Assembly (NCBI GenBank): GCA_963666275.2
Contig: CAXXOA010000003.1
Coordinates: forward strand, 256,001 to 320,000
Source of the DNA: Oceanispirochaeta sp.
GTDB taxonomy: Bacteria; Spirochaetota; Spirochaetia; DSM-2461
Length of the DNA stretch: 64,000 nt
Direction: 5' to 3'
Each line of letters begins with the position of its first letter. The stretch's first letter is position 1. The notes below the pieces were generated by a model. The model was not told the DNA's origin, did no database searches, and saw nothing but the letters and a program-made list of their open reading frames with translations. The position numbers and the translations under genes were made by a program. This document shows, in pieces, positions 19,812 through 28,383 of the stretch.

Positions 19812-21839
19812 TTATATCTCACTTTCCAATGTCCTTATTTCATCCTCTAAAAAAAGAATTTCCTTTTCTTGTTTGAGTTTTGTCTCATTACTAAAGTTAT
19901 TTCTTTTAAATATTTTCCTTAATATATTCTCATTTTTACGTGATAATATTTTTTTAATATTTGGAGTTCGTTCTTTTATTATGATAAAAATTAGAGAAAG
20001 AATATGAGGAGAAAAGGATAATAGAGTTGCATACTTCTCGACACTATTCCAGTTTATTCTTTTAATTGCTAAAAATGAAATTAAGTAAATCATAACTATT
20101 GTAAAAACTAAAATATGTTTTCTTCTATTAATTCTTTTATTAGCTAAGGCTCGAAGTTCTTTTTCATCATTGAGGGTTTTACTGAAATCAACTTTTAGTT
20201 TTTCTAGTAATATTTTTTTAGAACTGATTGAGCTTTTCGTTGCTTCGATGTATTTCAATTCTAAGTCACTCATTGATTGTTGAAGTTTACTATTCTTATC
20301 TTTATTGAGCTCTGCTTCCTGTTTAAAATGCTCTTCTTGAATAAGATATTTTTCTAAAGAATCTTCTGTAATATTAACCAATACTTCTTCAGCATTATCT
20401 TCATTAAGTATTTCTGGTTCTTTTCTTTTTTGTCTTAGATCATTAATACGATTATGCAATGTTTCTTTTGAAACTTTTTTTTGGTTAAACAGATTTTTTA
20501 CTTCTTCATACTCTTCATTAATAGAATCCCCTAAGTGTGCTGAGAGTGTTATTTTAGCTTTATTGACTACATCTACAGTATAAGGAGAATCCTGTTTACC
20601 AAAACCTTTATTCATTTTGAACCAGAATTTATTTACAAGAAAATCAAGATCTGTTGCTAAAGGGATTCCATTTTCTTCCCTAAATGATTTTGCTTCGTAG
20701 GAAATTTTAAGAGTAGTTGAAGTTCCCGTTAAAAGTATGAAGCGGGCATCCTCAAATCTATAAACAGTGGAGTTTTTCCTCAGAATATTTATATAATTTA
20801 AAAATCTAACATTATCCCTTATATCATCAAAGTCTTTTTCTTTCTCAATTTCTTCTATCTTATCCGAATCAATTAGATTATATTTATGATTTTTTTCTGA
20901 AAAATAATCTGACTCATCATCTTGAAAAATCCTATTTGTTTTGAGTAATAAATATAAATCAGATTTTTTTGTAAGTATATCTGATTTATCCTTAGCCCCA
21001 TTAAGAATTGAAGCCATAGCTGTATGTCCAGGTTTTAAGCTTTTTGTTCCCTGTTTTATTTTTTCAGCAATATAAAAGTAGCCTTCAACCTCATCTTTAA
21101 CTTCTTGGAAGTATTTTAAATGGATTTTTTCAGTTCTTTTATTAATTTCCTTAATATATGATAGTAAAGTATTAACTTGTCTTTTAAATATTGGTCCATT
21201 ATAACCAGCTAAATGAAAAAGTATTTCAGTATCCAAATATATGGTGAGTTCAGTATCCCAGGAGCCCATAAGTGAAGGATCTGTATATTTTATACCAGAG
21301 TATAGAACTACTCCTTCTTTTATACTTTGAAGATTATTATTAAACGCTTTATTCTTTTCATTCAAGATAATAAAAGTACTTATATAGTCTGAGTACTTAA
21401 ATCCATTTGTATTAAATAAAAGAAAATTACAAAATGAATTTGAAACATCCAATTTTTGGACATCAGAAAGTTTTGATTGTTGTTTTTCTTCGATAAAACA
21501 TATCAGTTGATCAATAATTGAATCAGTTTCATCAGTAACTGTTTTTTTCAGTTTTAAGATTTTAGAATTGGATTCAGCCTTTGAAATCACATTATACATA
21601 CCATATGATTTTTCTAAAAAATCAATTTTTTTAAGAGATGTTTTCACAACTGATAAAGGTAAATCGAAACTAAATTCTTCATTTATTTTTGTAGTAATCT
21701 CTTCAATGTTAAATCTATGGAGATTATTTATTATGATAGATTCTTTAGCGAACTGACGAACTACATCATAAATATCATGATCCTTTGCATACAATTCTTT
21801 AAAAATTACATATGAAGCTAAACACTTGTGATCTTTCAT
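19812..21839 (-). CDS. Cassette ORF: large protein with putative PIN-like domain, coiled coil and 2 C-terminal TM helices
   Basis: TIYLDTEILF (hhhDT), downstream acidic residues, FILLT; coiled coil around aa 490-570; two hydrophobic helices; starts 28 nt after the crossover. Confidence 0.65.
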   Translation of the reverse strand: MKDHKCLASYVIFKELYAKDHDIYDVVRQFAKESIIINNLHRFNIEEITTKINEEFSFDLPLSVVKTSLKKIDFLEKSYGMYNVISKAESNSKILKLKKTVTDETDSIIDQLICFIEEKQQSKLSDVQKLDVSNSFCNFLLFNTNGFKYSDYISTFIILNEKNKAFNNNLQSIKEGVVLYSGIKYTDPSLMGSWDTELTIYLDTEILFHLAGYNGPIFKRQVNTLLSYIKEINKRTEKIHLKYFQEVKDEVEGYFYIAEKIKQGTKSLKPGHTAMASILNGAKDKSDILTKKSDLYLLLKTNRIFQDDESDYFSEKNHKYNLIDSDKIEEIEKEKDFDDIRDNVRFLNYINILRKNSTVYRFEDARFILLTGTSTTLKISYEAKSFREENGIPLATDLDFLVNKFWFKMNKGFGKQDSPYTVDVVNKAKITLSAHLGDSINEEYEEVKNLFNQKKVSKETLHNRINDLRQKRKEPEILNEDNAEEVLVNITEDSLEKYLIQEEHFKQEAELNKDKNSKLQQSMSDLELKYIEATKSSISSKKILLEKLKVDFSKTLNDEKELRALANKRINRRKHILVFTIVMIYLISFLAIKRINWNSVEKYATLLSFSPHILSLIFIIIKERTPNIKKILSRKNENILRKIFKRNNFSNETKLKQEKEILFLEDEIRTLESEI

Positions 21840-21861
21840 TTCTTCCCCATTTTTTATGTAG

Positions 21862-22035
21862 ATATAACACTCTGATCACCTGCGCCCCGGCCTGGCCGCA
21901 GGACAGGTATTGGCGTTCTTCTTGCCATCATGGTAAAACATCTTTACTATATTGAGAAGCGATTATTTACTATTGAGTTGAAATATCAGCAAGAAGTATG
22001 ACAATAGGGGTGTCAGGTGCATCAGCATGTTATGT
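21862..22035 (-). repeat. attC-2, long type (174 bp)
   Basis: Top strand ACATAAC-ATGCTGAT(G)CACCTG-ACACCCC...GGGGCG-CAGGTGATCAG-AGT-GTTATAT. Confidence 0.85.
21922..21950 (+). promoter_or_regulatory. Candidate sigma70 promoter inside attC-2 (TTGCCA-N17-TACTAT)
   Basis: 5/6 -35 match, 17-nt spacer, TAnnnT -10; faces the plus-strand ORFs. Confidence 0.45.
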
Positions 22036-22167
22036 GAGCGTCCTTGCAGTAGTTTTGCCCCGAGCGAATATTACACTTAACAGATTATAATCTGAATTCT
22101 GTCTTCATTTGTATTTTAATGGTAATTTTAAGATATGCTTTATGATTATTGAGAAATAGGAAGTCTG

Positions 22168-22746
22168 ATGCAAAAAATAAATATTTCATTGATATTTTTC
22201 TTTCTCTTCTGTTTTTATTCTTGGGGTGAAAGCAGAATTGATGAATATCGTAGGAATTATAGTACAGCTATTATTAGCAATGATACGGAAATTATAGAAA
22301 ATACACTTTCTTTTATAGATAAATTAATCGATCAAAATGAATTTAAGGATATCTCTAGTATTTATTACAACAAAGCTCAATTGCTTAATAAGCTTAAAAG
22401 AACTGATGAAGCTATAGAGGCATTGGAGCATCTGGAATTCCCATTAAATAAATTTTATCAAGCTTCACTATTCGTCAGGATTGGACAAGAAGAAGATGCA
22501 ACAAGCTTATTTGATTCTGTTATTAATTTGTACTTAACTACTTTGAAAGAAGACGAAAGAACTAGAGACAATATACGTTCTTTATATGAAAGTATCATTT
22601 TAGCTAATATCTTAGCTGATAGAGATCAAAGACAAGTTGAAAAGATGATAAGAGATGACATAAGGCTTAGCGATTCAGATATCACTAGATTAAATAAAGC
22701 AAAAGAAGCTCAAAAGGATGCTTTATTGCAAGGGTTATGGCCATGA
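22168..22746 (+). CDS. Cassette ORF (reverse orientation): secreted TPR-like helical protein
   Basis: Signal peptide MQKINISLIFFFLFCFYSWG; YYNKAQLL..L.R.DEA TPR-like; AGGA RBS. Confidence 0.7.
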   Translation: MQKINISLIFFFLFCFYSWGESRIDEYRRNYSTAIISNDTEIIENTLSFIDKLIDQNEFKDISSIYYNKAQLLNKLKRTDEAIEALEHLEFPLNKFYQASLFVRIGQEEDATSLFDSVINLYLTTLKEDERTRDNIRSLYESIILANILADRDQRQVEKMIRDDIRLSDSDITRLNKAKEAQKDALLQGLWP

Positions 22747-22871
22747 ATAAACGGGTAGCATTGCTACTGATAACCGGATATCTGTCTACTGCTGTTAATA
22801 TATGATATATTCAAATTAGGATTCTATTACAATGTGTATTTTTAGAGTTAAACGTCATTGAAGAGAGCTTT

Positions 22872-23195
22872 ATGGATCAGAAATTATTTTACAAAAAAAA
22901 ATATCTTTACAAGATATATATGATATTACTATTCTTGAGAATTTCTTCATTTTCAATCTCTGTTTTATGGGTCCTTAGTTCTATAATAATTTTGTTTGAA
23001 CCATTTCTGTCATCGTTCCAAGTTGGTCGTGATGGTTCTATCGCGTTATTTAGTTTTGCGATTGATAATATTGGAAGAAATATCAGTATTTTAGCAATAT
23101 TAGTTACTATAACAATATTTTTTGTCTTCTTATCAAAAGCTTTCAAGAAACGGAACCATGAAATAATTGATTATTGGAGTTTGGGAAGGTATTAA
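22872..23195 (+). CDS. Cassette ORF (reverse orientation): small 2-TM protein
   Basis: Two hydrophobic segments; follows 22168..22746. Confidence 0.55.
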   Translation: MDQKLFYKKKYLYKIYMILLFLRISSFSISVLWVLSSIIILFEPFLSSFQVGRDGSIALFSFAIDNIGRNISILAILVTITIFFVFLSKAFKKRNHEIIDYWSLGRY

Positions 23196-23379
23196 ATGAT
23201 AATTACCGAGATTTATGGTAAATCGGTGCAACGACTTGGGCTTGGATTAAGCAAAATTTTCTTGTTATCAAAATACTTAATACTTCAGCAGAAAATAACT
23301 ACTGCTAAGGTTCAATTTTGTCTAATTTGAAATTTATGCTAACAAATTCCTTCTGAAGATTAACGAAATTTTCGAGTCC

Positions 23380-23551
23380 ACATAACACCAAAATATGCTG
23401 CGCAGCGGCCTGGCTTGCCAGGTATAGGCGCTTTTCTTGCCCCTTTATTCTAAACAGCTATTCCTTATTTGAGAAGAACAATTCCTTTGTCGAAGCAATT
23501 TCTGCAAGAAATGTGATCTATAGCTTCGACTGCATCATTTTTTTGTTATGC
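23380..23551 (-). repeat. attC-1, long type (172 bp)
   Basis: Top strand GCATAAC-AAAAAAAT(G)ATGCAG...CAGCATATTTTGGT-GTTATGT; internal sequence related to attC-2. Confidence 0.85.
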
Positions 23552-23779
23552 CGCAGCATTTTGTATGCCCGGAGGCCATGAAAAGGTTGAAGATTTCCAC
23601 AATCGTAGGTGAAGGCGAATTCCCTATATTCTCTACCCATTGCCAGCCGCAACCGGCGTCGATAAGTTAGTAATCAGTGTAGGTAACGAGCCATGAAACC
23701 AGGATCAAAACCCTCATAATCTGAAAAGTTACGATCAAAAAGTCAGGAAATCTACCCGTACAAAATGTGTCGATATAAC
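23545..23779 (+). ncRNA. Candidate structured RNA filling an ORF-less cassette
   Basis: Four nested helices; several non-Watson-Crick positions become G.U pairs on the plus strand; no ORF of 60 aa or more. Confidence 0.5.
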
Positions 23780-23836
23780 ATAACTTATTATGCTGTTCAG
23801 TATAATAATACTGAACTCCCTTTCACCCCCTGTCAA
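23773..23836 (-). promoter_or_regulatory. Candidate attI core (GCATAAT-N7-G|TTATAT) with Pc-like elements and a 22-bp palindrome
   Basis: GTT box with no attC hairpin upstream; minus-strand TTGACA (23831-23836), GTGAAA-N16-TATACT; GTTCAGTAT-N4-ATACTGAAC at 23795-23816. Confidence 0.5.
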
Positions 23837-24047
23837 TAACAGAAAAAAAAGAATTATCTAGACATTTACGCAGTGATAACATCCATATCCAACAGTTATC
23901 TAGACGTCTATATAATTCCGGGAATTGTTGCCAGATGGGGGAGCGGAGGGAATATACGTCTGTAAGAAAGGATATTCCGTGAAACCGGAAGAGGGATTTT
24001 TTTTTCCCGGCCGGGAATGTCCCCCGGCCGGGATGGAGTAGACGGGA

Positions 24048-25451
24048 TTAGCCGATAGACTTCCAGGCATGCCCTTCCATCCGGTTGGTCATGCCTCCGA
24101 TTTTTGCAAGATCTTCCGCGGCTGCCTGGGCGTCGGAGAGGATCTTCTCTTCTTTCACCGGGCCTGTGTACTTTCCGGCCTCCACAAGGATTTTGCCGTC
24201 TACAAACACAGTATCCACATTCTTCTCCGACGAGGAATAAACAATGGTGGACACAGGGTTATGAAGGGGGATCGACTTGGCCGAGCGGGCGGGGTTAAAA
24301 ATCAGGATATCCGCTTTTTTCCCCGCTTCCAGGGAGCCTATCTCCTTGTCCATACCCAGGCACCGGGCGGCGTCTATGGTGGCCATTTCCAGAACCTTTT
24401 CGGCGGTCATAATGGTGGGATCACAGCTCACGGCTTTATGGATCAGGGCGGTCATCTTCATCAGTTCGATCATGTCCTGGCAGTTGTTGCTGGCCGCACC
24501 GTCCACTCCCAGGCTCACGTCGATGCCTTTTTTGAGCATCGCCGGGACAGGGGCGGTCCCTGAGGAGAGGTACATATTGCTCACCGTATTGTGGGAAACC
24601 TTCATGCCGTATCGGGCGGCGGTTTTCTGATCCTCTTCGGTCAGGTAGACGCAGTGGACCATAAGGATATCCGGACCGGTGAGGCCCAGTTTTATCATCA
24701 CATCCATATCGGGGACGCCGTGGAGTTTTTCCGCCGCCTGCCTGTCAAAGGGGGTTTCCGAGATATGCACGGTGAAGCCGGTTTTGTAGGTATCCTTCAG
24801 CTCCTTCAGCATCCTTAGGTTCTTTTCCGAGTTGGACCAGATGGCCGCCGGAGCCAGCCACAGACCGATCCGGCCGTCGTAGCTCCCGCTGTACCGGTCC
24901 CACAGGTCGATAAAGTCCTTCTCTATGACAGAGCTCTCCTGCATGATCTGCCGGGGAACGCCGAACTCTTCGCCTGTGTCCATGCAGCCCCGGCCCAGAA
25001 TGCCCCTGATGCCGATGTCGCCCATGGCTTTGATCACCCCTTCGGACAGCCCTTCGGCGGGGTGGGGGTACATGTAGTCCAGAGTGGTGGTTACCCCCGA
25101 CTGGAGGCTCTCCAGAGAGCCTGCCATGGCCGCTTTGTAGCAGTGGTCGGGGGTCAGATTCTTCGCTGCCGGAAAGGTCATGGTGGCCAGCCATTTGTCC
25201 AGGGCCATATCGTCCCCCAGGCCTTTCAGCAGGTTTTGAAAAAGGTGAGTATGGGTGTTGATCAGACCGGGCAGAACAATTTTGTTCCGGCAGTCGATCA
25301 CCCTGTCGGCACCAGCTTCCTCCGATGGAGTCAGATCCCTGACGATCCCTTCAATCCGGTCGTCCCGGATAATAACAGACCCCCCGTAAAGGATCTCCCT
25401 GTCACTGTTCAAGGTCAGAACAATGCCGCCTTTCAGAATCGTCACACCCAT
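24048..25451 (-). CDS. Amidohydrolase (MtaD/SsnA/AtzA-like deaminase)
   Basis: PGLINTHTH, HISET, MVHCV, LGVDGAASNN, GSLEAGKKAD. Confidence 0.9.
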   Translation of the reverse strand: MGVTILKGGIVLTLNSDREILYGGSVIIRDDRIEGIVRDLTPSEEAGADRVIDCRNKIVLPGLINTHTHLFQNLLKGLGDDMALDKWLATMTFPAAKNLTPDHCYKAAMAGSLESLQSGVTTTLDYMYPHPAEGLSEGVIKAMGDIGIRGILGRGCMDTGEEFGVPRQIMQESSVIEKDFIDLWDRYSGSYDGRIGLWLAPAAIWSNSEKNLRMLKELKDTYKTGFTVHISETPFDRQAAEKLHGVPDMDVMIKLGLTGPDILMVHCVYLTEEDQKTAARYGMKVSHNTVSNMYLSSGTAPVPAMLKKGIDVSLGVDGAASNNCQDMIELMKMTALIHKAVSCDPTIMTAEKVLEMATIDAARCLGMDKEIGSLEAGKKADILIFNPARSAKSIPLHNPVSTIVYSSSEKNVDTVFVDGKILVEAGKYTGPVKEEKILSDAQAAAEDLAKIGGMTNRMEGHAWKSIG

Positions 25452-25474
25452 AACTCGCCTCCTTACTGTTTATG

Positions 25475-26926
25475 TCAGGACTTAATCATCCCGTTGAACT
25501 CTTCAATCAGAGCATCAATTTTGTCCATTTCTGCAAAGGTACCGTCCCAGTAGTTTCTGTCGTACCACTGATCGTTCAGCTCCTGCAGATCCTTGCCCTG
25601 CTGTTCAATCCAGGTAAAGTACTTCAGATTGTGAATGGCCTTCTTATCCACATAGGTCAGTTCCTTGAAGTTGTCGTAGCTTTCGGACTGCAGAGCTTCC
25701 CAGTCCCTCACCGCCTGTTTGTACGAGTAGGGGGCCTGGGCGTTCATCTCTTCCAGACGGGAGCGGTACATATCGCAGGAATCGGTTCCCATGGTGACAA
25801 GCACATCCTCCGAGGTCAGTTCCGCGTACTTGGCGTACTTGATGGCCGAGAGCACATTGGCTATGCCGCTGATTCCCAGGAGGTCCAGCTGGCCGATCAG
25901 TTCTTCCGATACACCCTCTTCCTTCAGAAGGGCCTGTCCGTCTTTCTCGTTGAACAGCTGGAGAAGTCTCAGGGGCACGTTGTCGTCGATAGCTGCCAGA
26001 TAGTCGGTCTCTTTACAGTTATGGATCCAGGGAACGTGCTTGTCCCCGATTCCCTCGATTCTGTGACCGCCGAAGCCGTTGTTCATCAGAGTGGGGCACT
26101 GGAGGGCCTCGGAAACCACAAGTTTGGAACCGGGGAAGGCTTTTTTCAGATAGTATCCCGCTCCCAGGGTTCCGCCGGAGCCGGAGGAGGAGATAAATCC
26201 CGCCAGGCTTTTTCCCTCTTTCACATAGGACTGAAGGATCTCCTCCACAGCCCGTCCTGTCACATTGTAGTGCCAGGTGGGGTTGCCCAGCTCGTCGAAC
26301 TGGTTGAAGATCCGCAGATCCTCACCGGAGGAGCGCAGCTCGGCGCACTTGTCAAAGATCTCTTTGACATTGGATTCGCATCCCGGGGTGGCAATGATCT
26401 CTCCGGCTACTTTTTTGAGCCAGTCAAAGCGCTCTTTGGACATCTCTTCGGGCAGGATGGCGATGGATTTACAGGCCATAAGAACAGAAATATAGGCCCC
26501 GCCCCGGCAGTAGTTTCCTGTAGAGGGCCAGACAGCCTTGGTTTTCTGGGGGTCGAACTGACCGGTCACCAGGGGGGGGACCAGACAGCCGAAGGTGGCG
26601 CCCACCTTATGGGCCCCCGTGGGGAACCATTTACCGGTCATCACAATAATGGGGGAGGCCACTCCTGTCAGTTCGGGAGGAAGCACAATATGGTTGGGAG
26701 CGCCGAAAAGGCCGCCGCTTGTTTTGGGTTCGTTCTTCCAGCTGATCCTGTAAAGGTTTACCGGGTCGGTATCCCAGAGACCTGTGGTTTTCAGTTTGTC
26801 CCTGATCTCATCGGGAATCTTTTCGGGATGAATCATCATATCGAAGGTAGGGAGGGTAATACCCTTTTCCCTGAAATAGCGGGCTGTCTTCTCTCTGACA
26901 TCCCCGTTCAATTGCAGATCTAACAT
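25475..26926 (-). CDS. PLP-dependent fold-II enzyme (cysteine-synthase-like)
   Basis: FPTGAHKVGA, STGNY, GSGGT, HRIEGIG. Confidence 0.85.
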   Translation of the reverse strand: MLDLQLNGDVREKTARYFREKGITLPTFDMMIHPEKIPDEIRDKLKTTGLWDTDPVNLYRISWKNEPKTSGGLFGAPNHIVLPPELTGVASPIIVMTGKWFPTGAHKVGATFGCLVPPLVTGQFDPQKTKAVWPSTGNYCRGGAYISVLMACKSIAILPEEMSKERFDWLKKVAGEIIATPGCESNVKEIFDKCAELRSSGEDLRIFNQFDELGNPTWHYNVTGRAVEEILQSYVKEGKSLAGFISSSGSGGTLGAGYYLKKAFPGSKLVVSEALQCPTLMNNGFGGHRIEGIGDKHVPWIHNCKETDYLAAIDDNVPLRLLQLFNEKDGQALLKEEGVSEELIGQLDLLGISGIANVLSAIKYAKYAELTSEDVLVTMGTDSCDMYRSRLEEMNAQAPYSYKQAVRDWEALQSESYDNFKELTYVDKKAIHNLKYFTWIEQQGKDLQELNDQWYDRNYWDGTFAEMDKIDALIEEFNGMIKS

Positions 26927-26937
26927 TGTATCTCCTG

Positions 26938-26951
26938 TGAAAGCGCTTTCA
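26938..26951. promoter_or_regulatory. LacI-type operator TGAAAGCGCTTTCA
   Basis: Perfect palindrome with central CG, 11 nt upstream of the PLP gene. Confidence 0.75.
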
Positions 26952-27194
26952 GATGGCTTTTAAAATTTATCCGTATTTCCCTCTAGATTACGGAGAACCC
27001 GGAGACTGGTCAATATTATCCTGAAAATCTTCTCAAAAGGGGAGGGAAAACTTATGATATCCTCCAAAAGATACAAAAATGTTATAAAATTGGAAAATGT
27101 CCTGTTTTTCAGAATAAAATATTCCCTTTCCTTCCGGGATCCGCGGCCCGGTCTTGCAGAAAATCCGGAAATCCGGAATGATGGAATTAGTTTT

Positions 27195-27208
27195 TGAAAG
27201 CGGTTTCA
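27195..27208. promoter_or_regulatory. LacI-type operator TGAAAGCGGTTTCA
   Basis: One mismatch to the 26938 box; upstream of the divergent operon containing lacI-family gene. Confidence 0.7.
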
Positions 27209-27285
27209 GGAGAGTTCGCCGGGAACCGCCGTCAGGGGCGGAAGACCCGGCGGATAAATATAACAACAGTGAGAGAGCAAAAATT

Positions 27286-28383
27286 ATGAATATACAGTTT
27301 CTGGGGCAGACCCTTCAGTCTCCTTTTATCATAGGTTCAGGTCCCCTGTCCTACGGCGCCGAGGGAATGATTGCCCTGCATAAGGCCGGAGCCGGTGCGG
27401 TGGTGACAAAAACCATCCGGGATGAAAAAGCAGTCAATCCGGAGCCCCACATTGCCGCCATCGGCAACAGAACCATGGTGAATTCGGAAAAGTGGTCCGA
27501 CTATTCGGGAGAACGCTGGATCGAAGAGGAACTGCCTGCCGCCCTGAAAGCGGGGGTGACTGTCATTGCCAGTGTGGGACATACAATGACAGAGGTGAAA
27601 AACTGGGTTCCCCGGATTCACGAAGTGGGAGTCCCTTTTTTTGAACTGGTGTCCTATATGGAAGAGGATATGCTTCCCATGATCAAAGAAGCTCTTAAGC
27701 TGACGGATAAACCGGTCCTGGCCAAGGTCAGTCCCAACTGGAACGACCCTGTGGGAGCCGCCCTGGCCTGTCTGGAAGCGGGAGCCGCCGGGATCACAGC
27801 CATAGACTCTCTGGGGCCTGTCCTTTCCATCGATATTCAGACCGGCCGGCCCTCTCTGGGCGGTCAGGGCGGTATGGGTTGGATGACAGGAAGCGGACTG
27901 AAGCCCCTGGCTCTGCGCTATGTGGCCGAGATTGCCGCCCGGACAGACAAGCCCGTCCTGGGGCTGGGCGGTGTTATGAGTCCTGAAGACGCGGTGGAAA
28001 TGGTCATGGCCGGGGCCTCCGCTGTGGGTGTGTGCACTTTTCCCATCCTTCAGGGAATGCAGGGCCTGGAAAAACTGATAGGGAAGTTTGATACGCTCCT
28101 CTCCGACCTGGGTTATGCCTCTCTGGAAGAGGCCCGGGGCGTCGTTCTGCCCCATCTGCCCGAAAGGGAAATCCTCGAGGAGCAGGGCCTTGTGATGAAG
28201 ACCGACCGCTGCCGGCTCTGCGGGATCTGTCTGACCCGCTGCCCCTATCAGGCTCTGTCCAAAGAAGAGGGGGCTCTCAAATTGAATACTCAGCGCTGCC
28301 GCCGCTGCGGTCTGTGCGTTTCTTCCTGTCCCGACAGGAATCTGTCTCTGCAGAAAATCTCTCTATTACAGGAGGCCTTGTGA
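27286..28383 (+). CDS. Dihydropyrimidine/dihydroorotate dehydrogenase-like flavoprotein with C-terminal 2x4Fe-4S (PreA-like)
   Basis: GAGAVVTKTI, AKVSPN, GLGGV, AGASAVGVC; two CxxCxxCxxxCP. Confidence 0.85.
   Translation: MNIQFLGQTLQSPFIIGSGPLSYGAEGMIALHKAGAGAVVTKTIRDEKAVNPEPHIAAIGNRTMVNSEKWSDYSGERWIEEELPAALKAGVTVIASVGHTMTEVKNWVPRIHEVGVPFFELVSYMEEDMLPMIKEALKLTDKPVLAKVSPNWNDPVGAALACLEAGAAGITAIDSLGPVLSIDIQTGRPSLGGQGGMGWMTGSGLKPLALRYVAEIAARTDKPVLGLGGVMSPEDAVEMVMAGASAVGVCTFPILQGMQGLEKLIGKFDTLLSDLGYASLEEARGVVLPHLPEREILEEQGLVMKTDRCRLCGICLTRCPYQALSKEEGALKLNTQRCRRCGLCVSSCPDRNLSLQKISLLQEAL

Larger units (their letters stand above)
13611..23779 (-). mobile_element. Integron gene-cassette array lacking an adjacent integrase (CALIN-like): 4 cassettes, 4 attC
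   Basis: Four imperfect palindromes bounded by R''/R' boxes; each cassette's leading GTT box complements its own R''; AT-rich ORFs. Confidence 0.88.

Noticed and set aside
13611..23551. CRISPR array
   Set aside because: Repeats are 99-174 bp, divergent and separated by genes; no short regular repeats or cas genes.
23778..23784. GTTATGT as the attI crossover
   Set aside because: Possible, but GTTATAT at 23773-23779 is in exact register with the cassette's terminal inverted repeat, so it was preferred.
23997..24033. Intrinsic terminator for the minus-strand amidohydrolase
   Set aside because: Strong stem, but the T-run precedes it on the plus strand, giving an A-run after the stem on the minus transcript.
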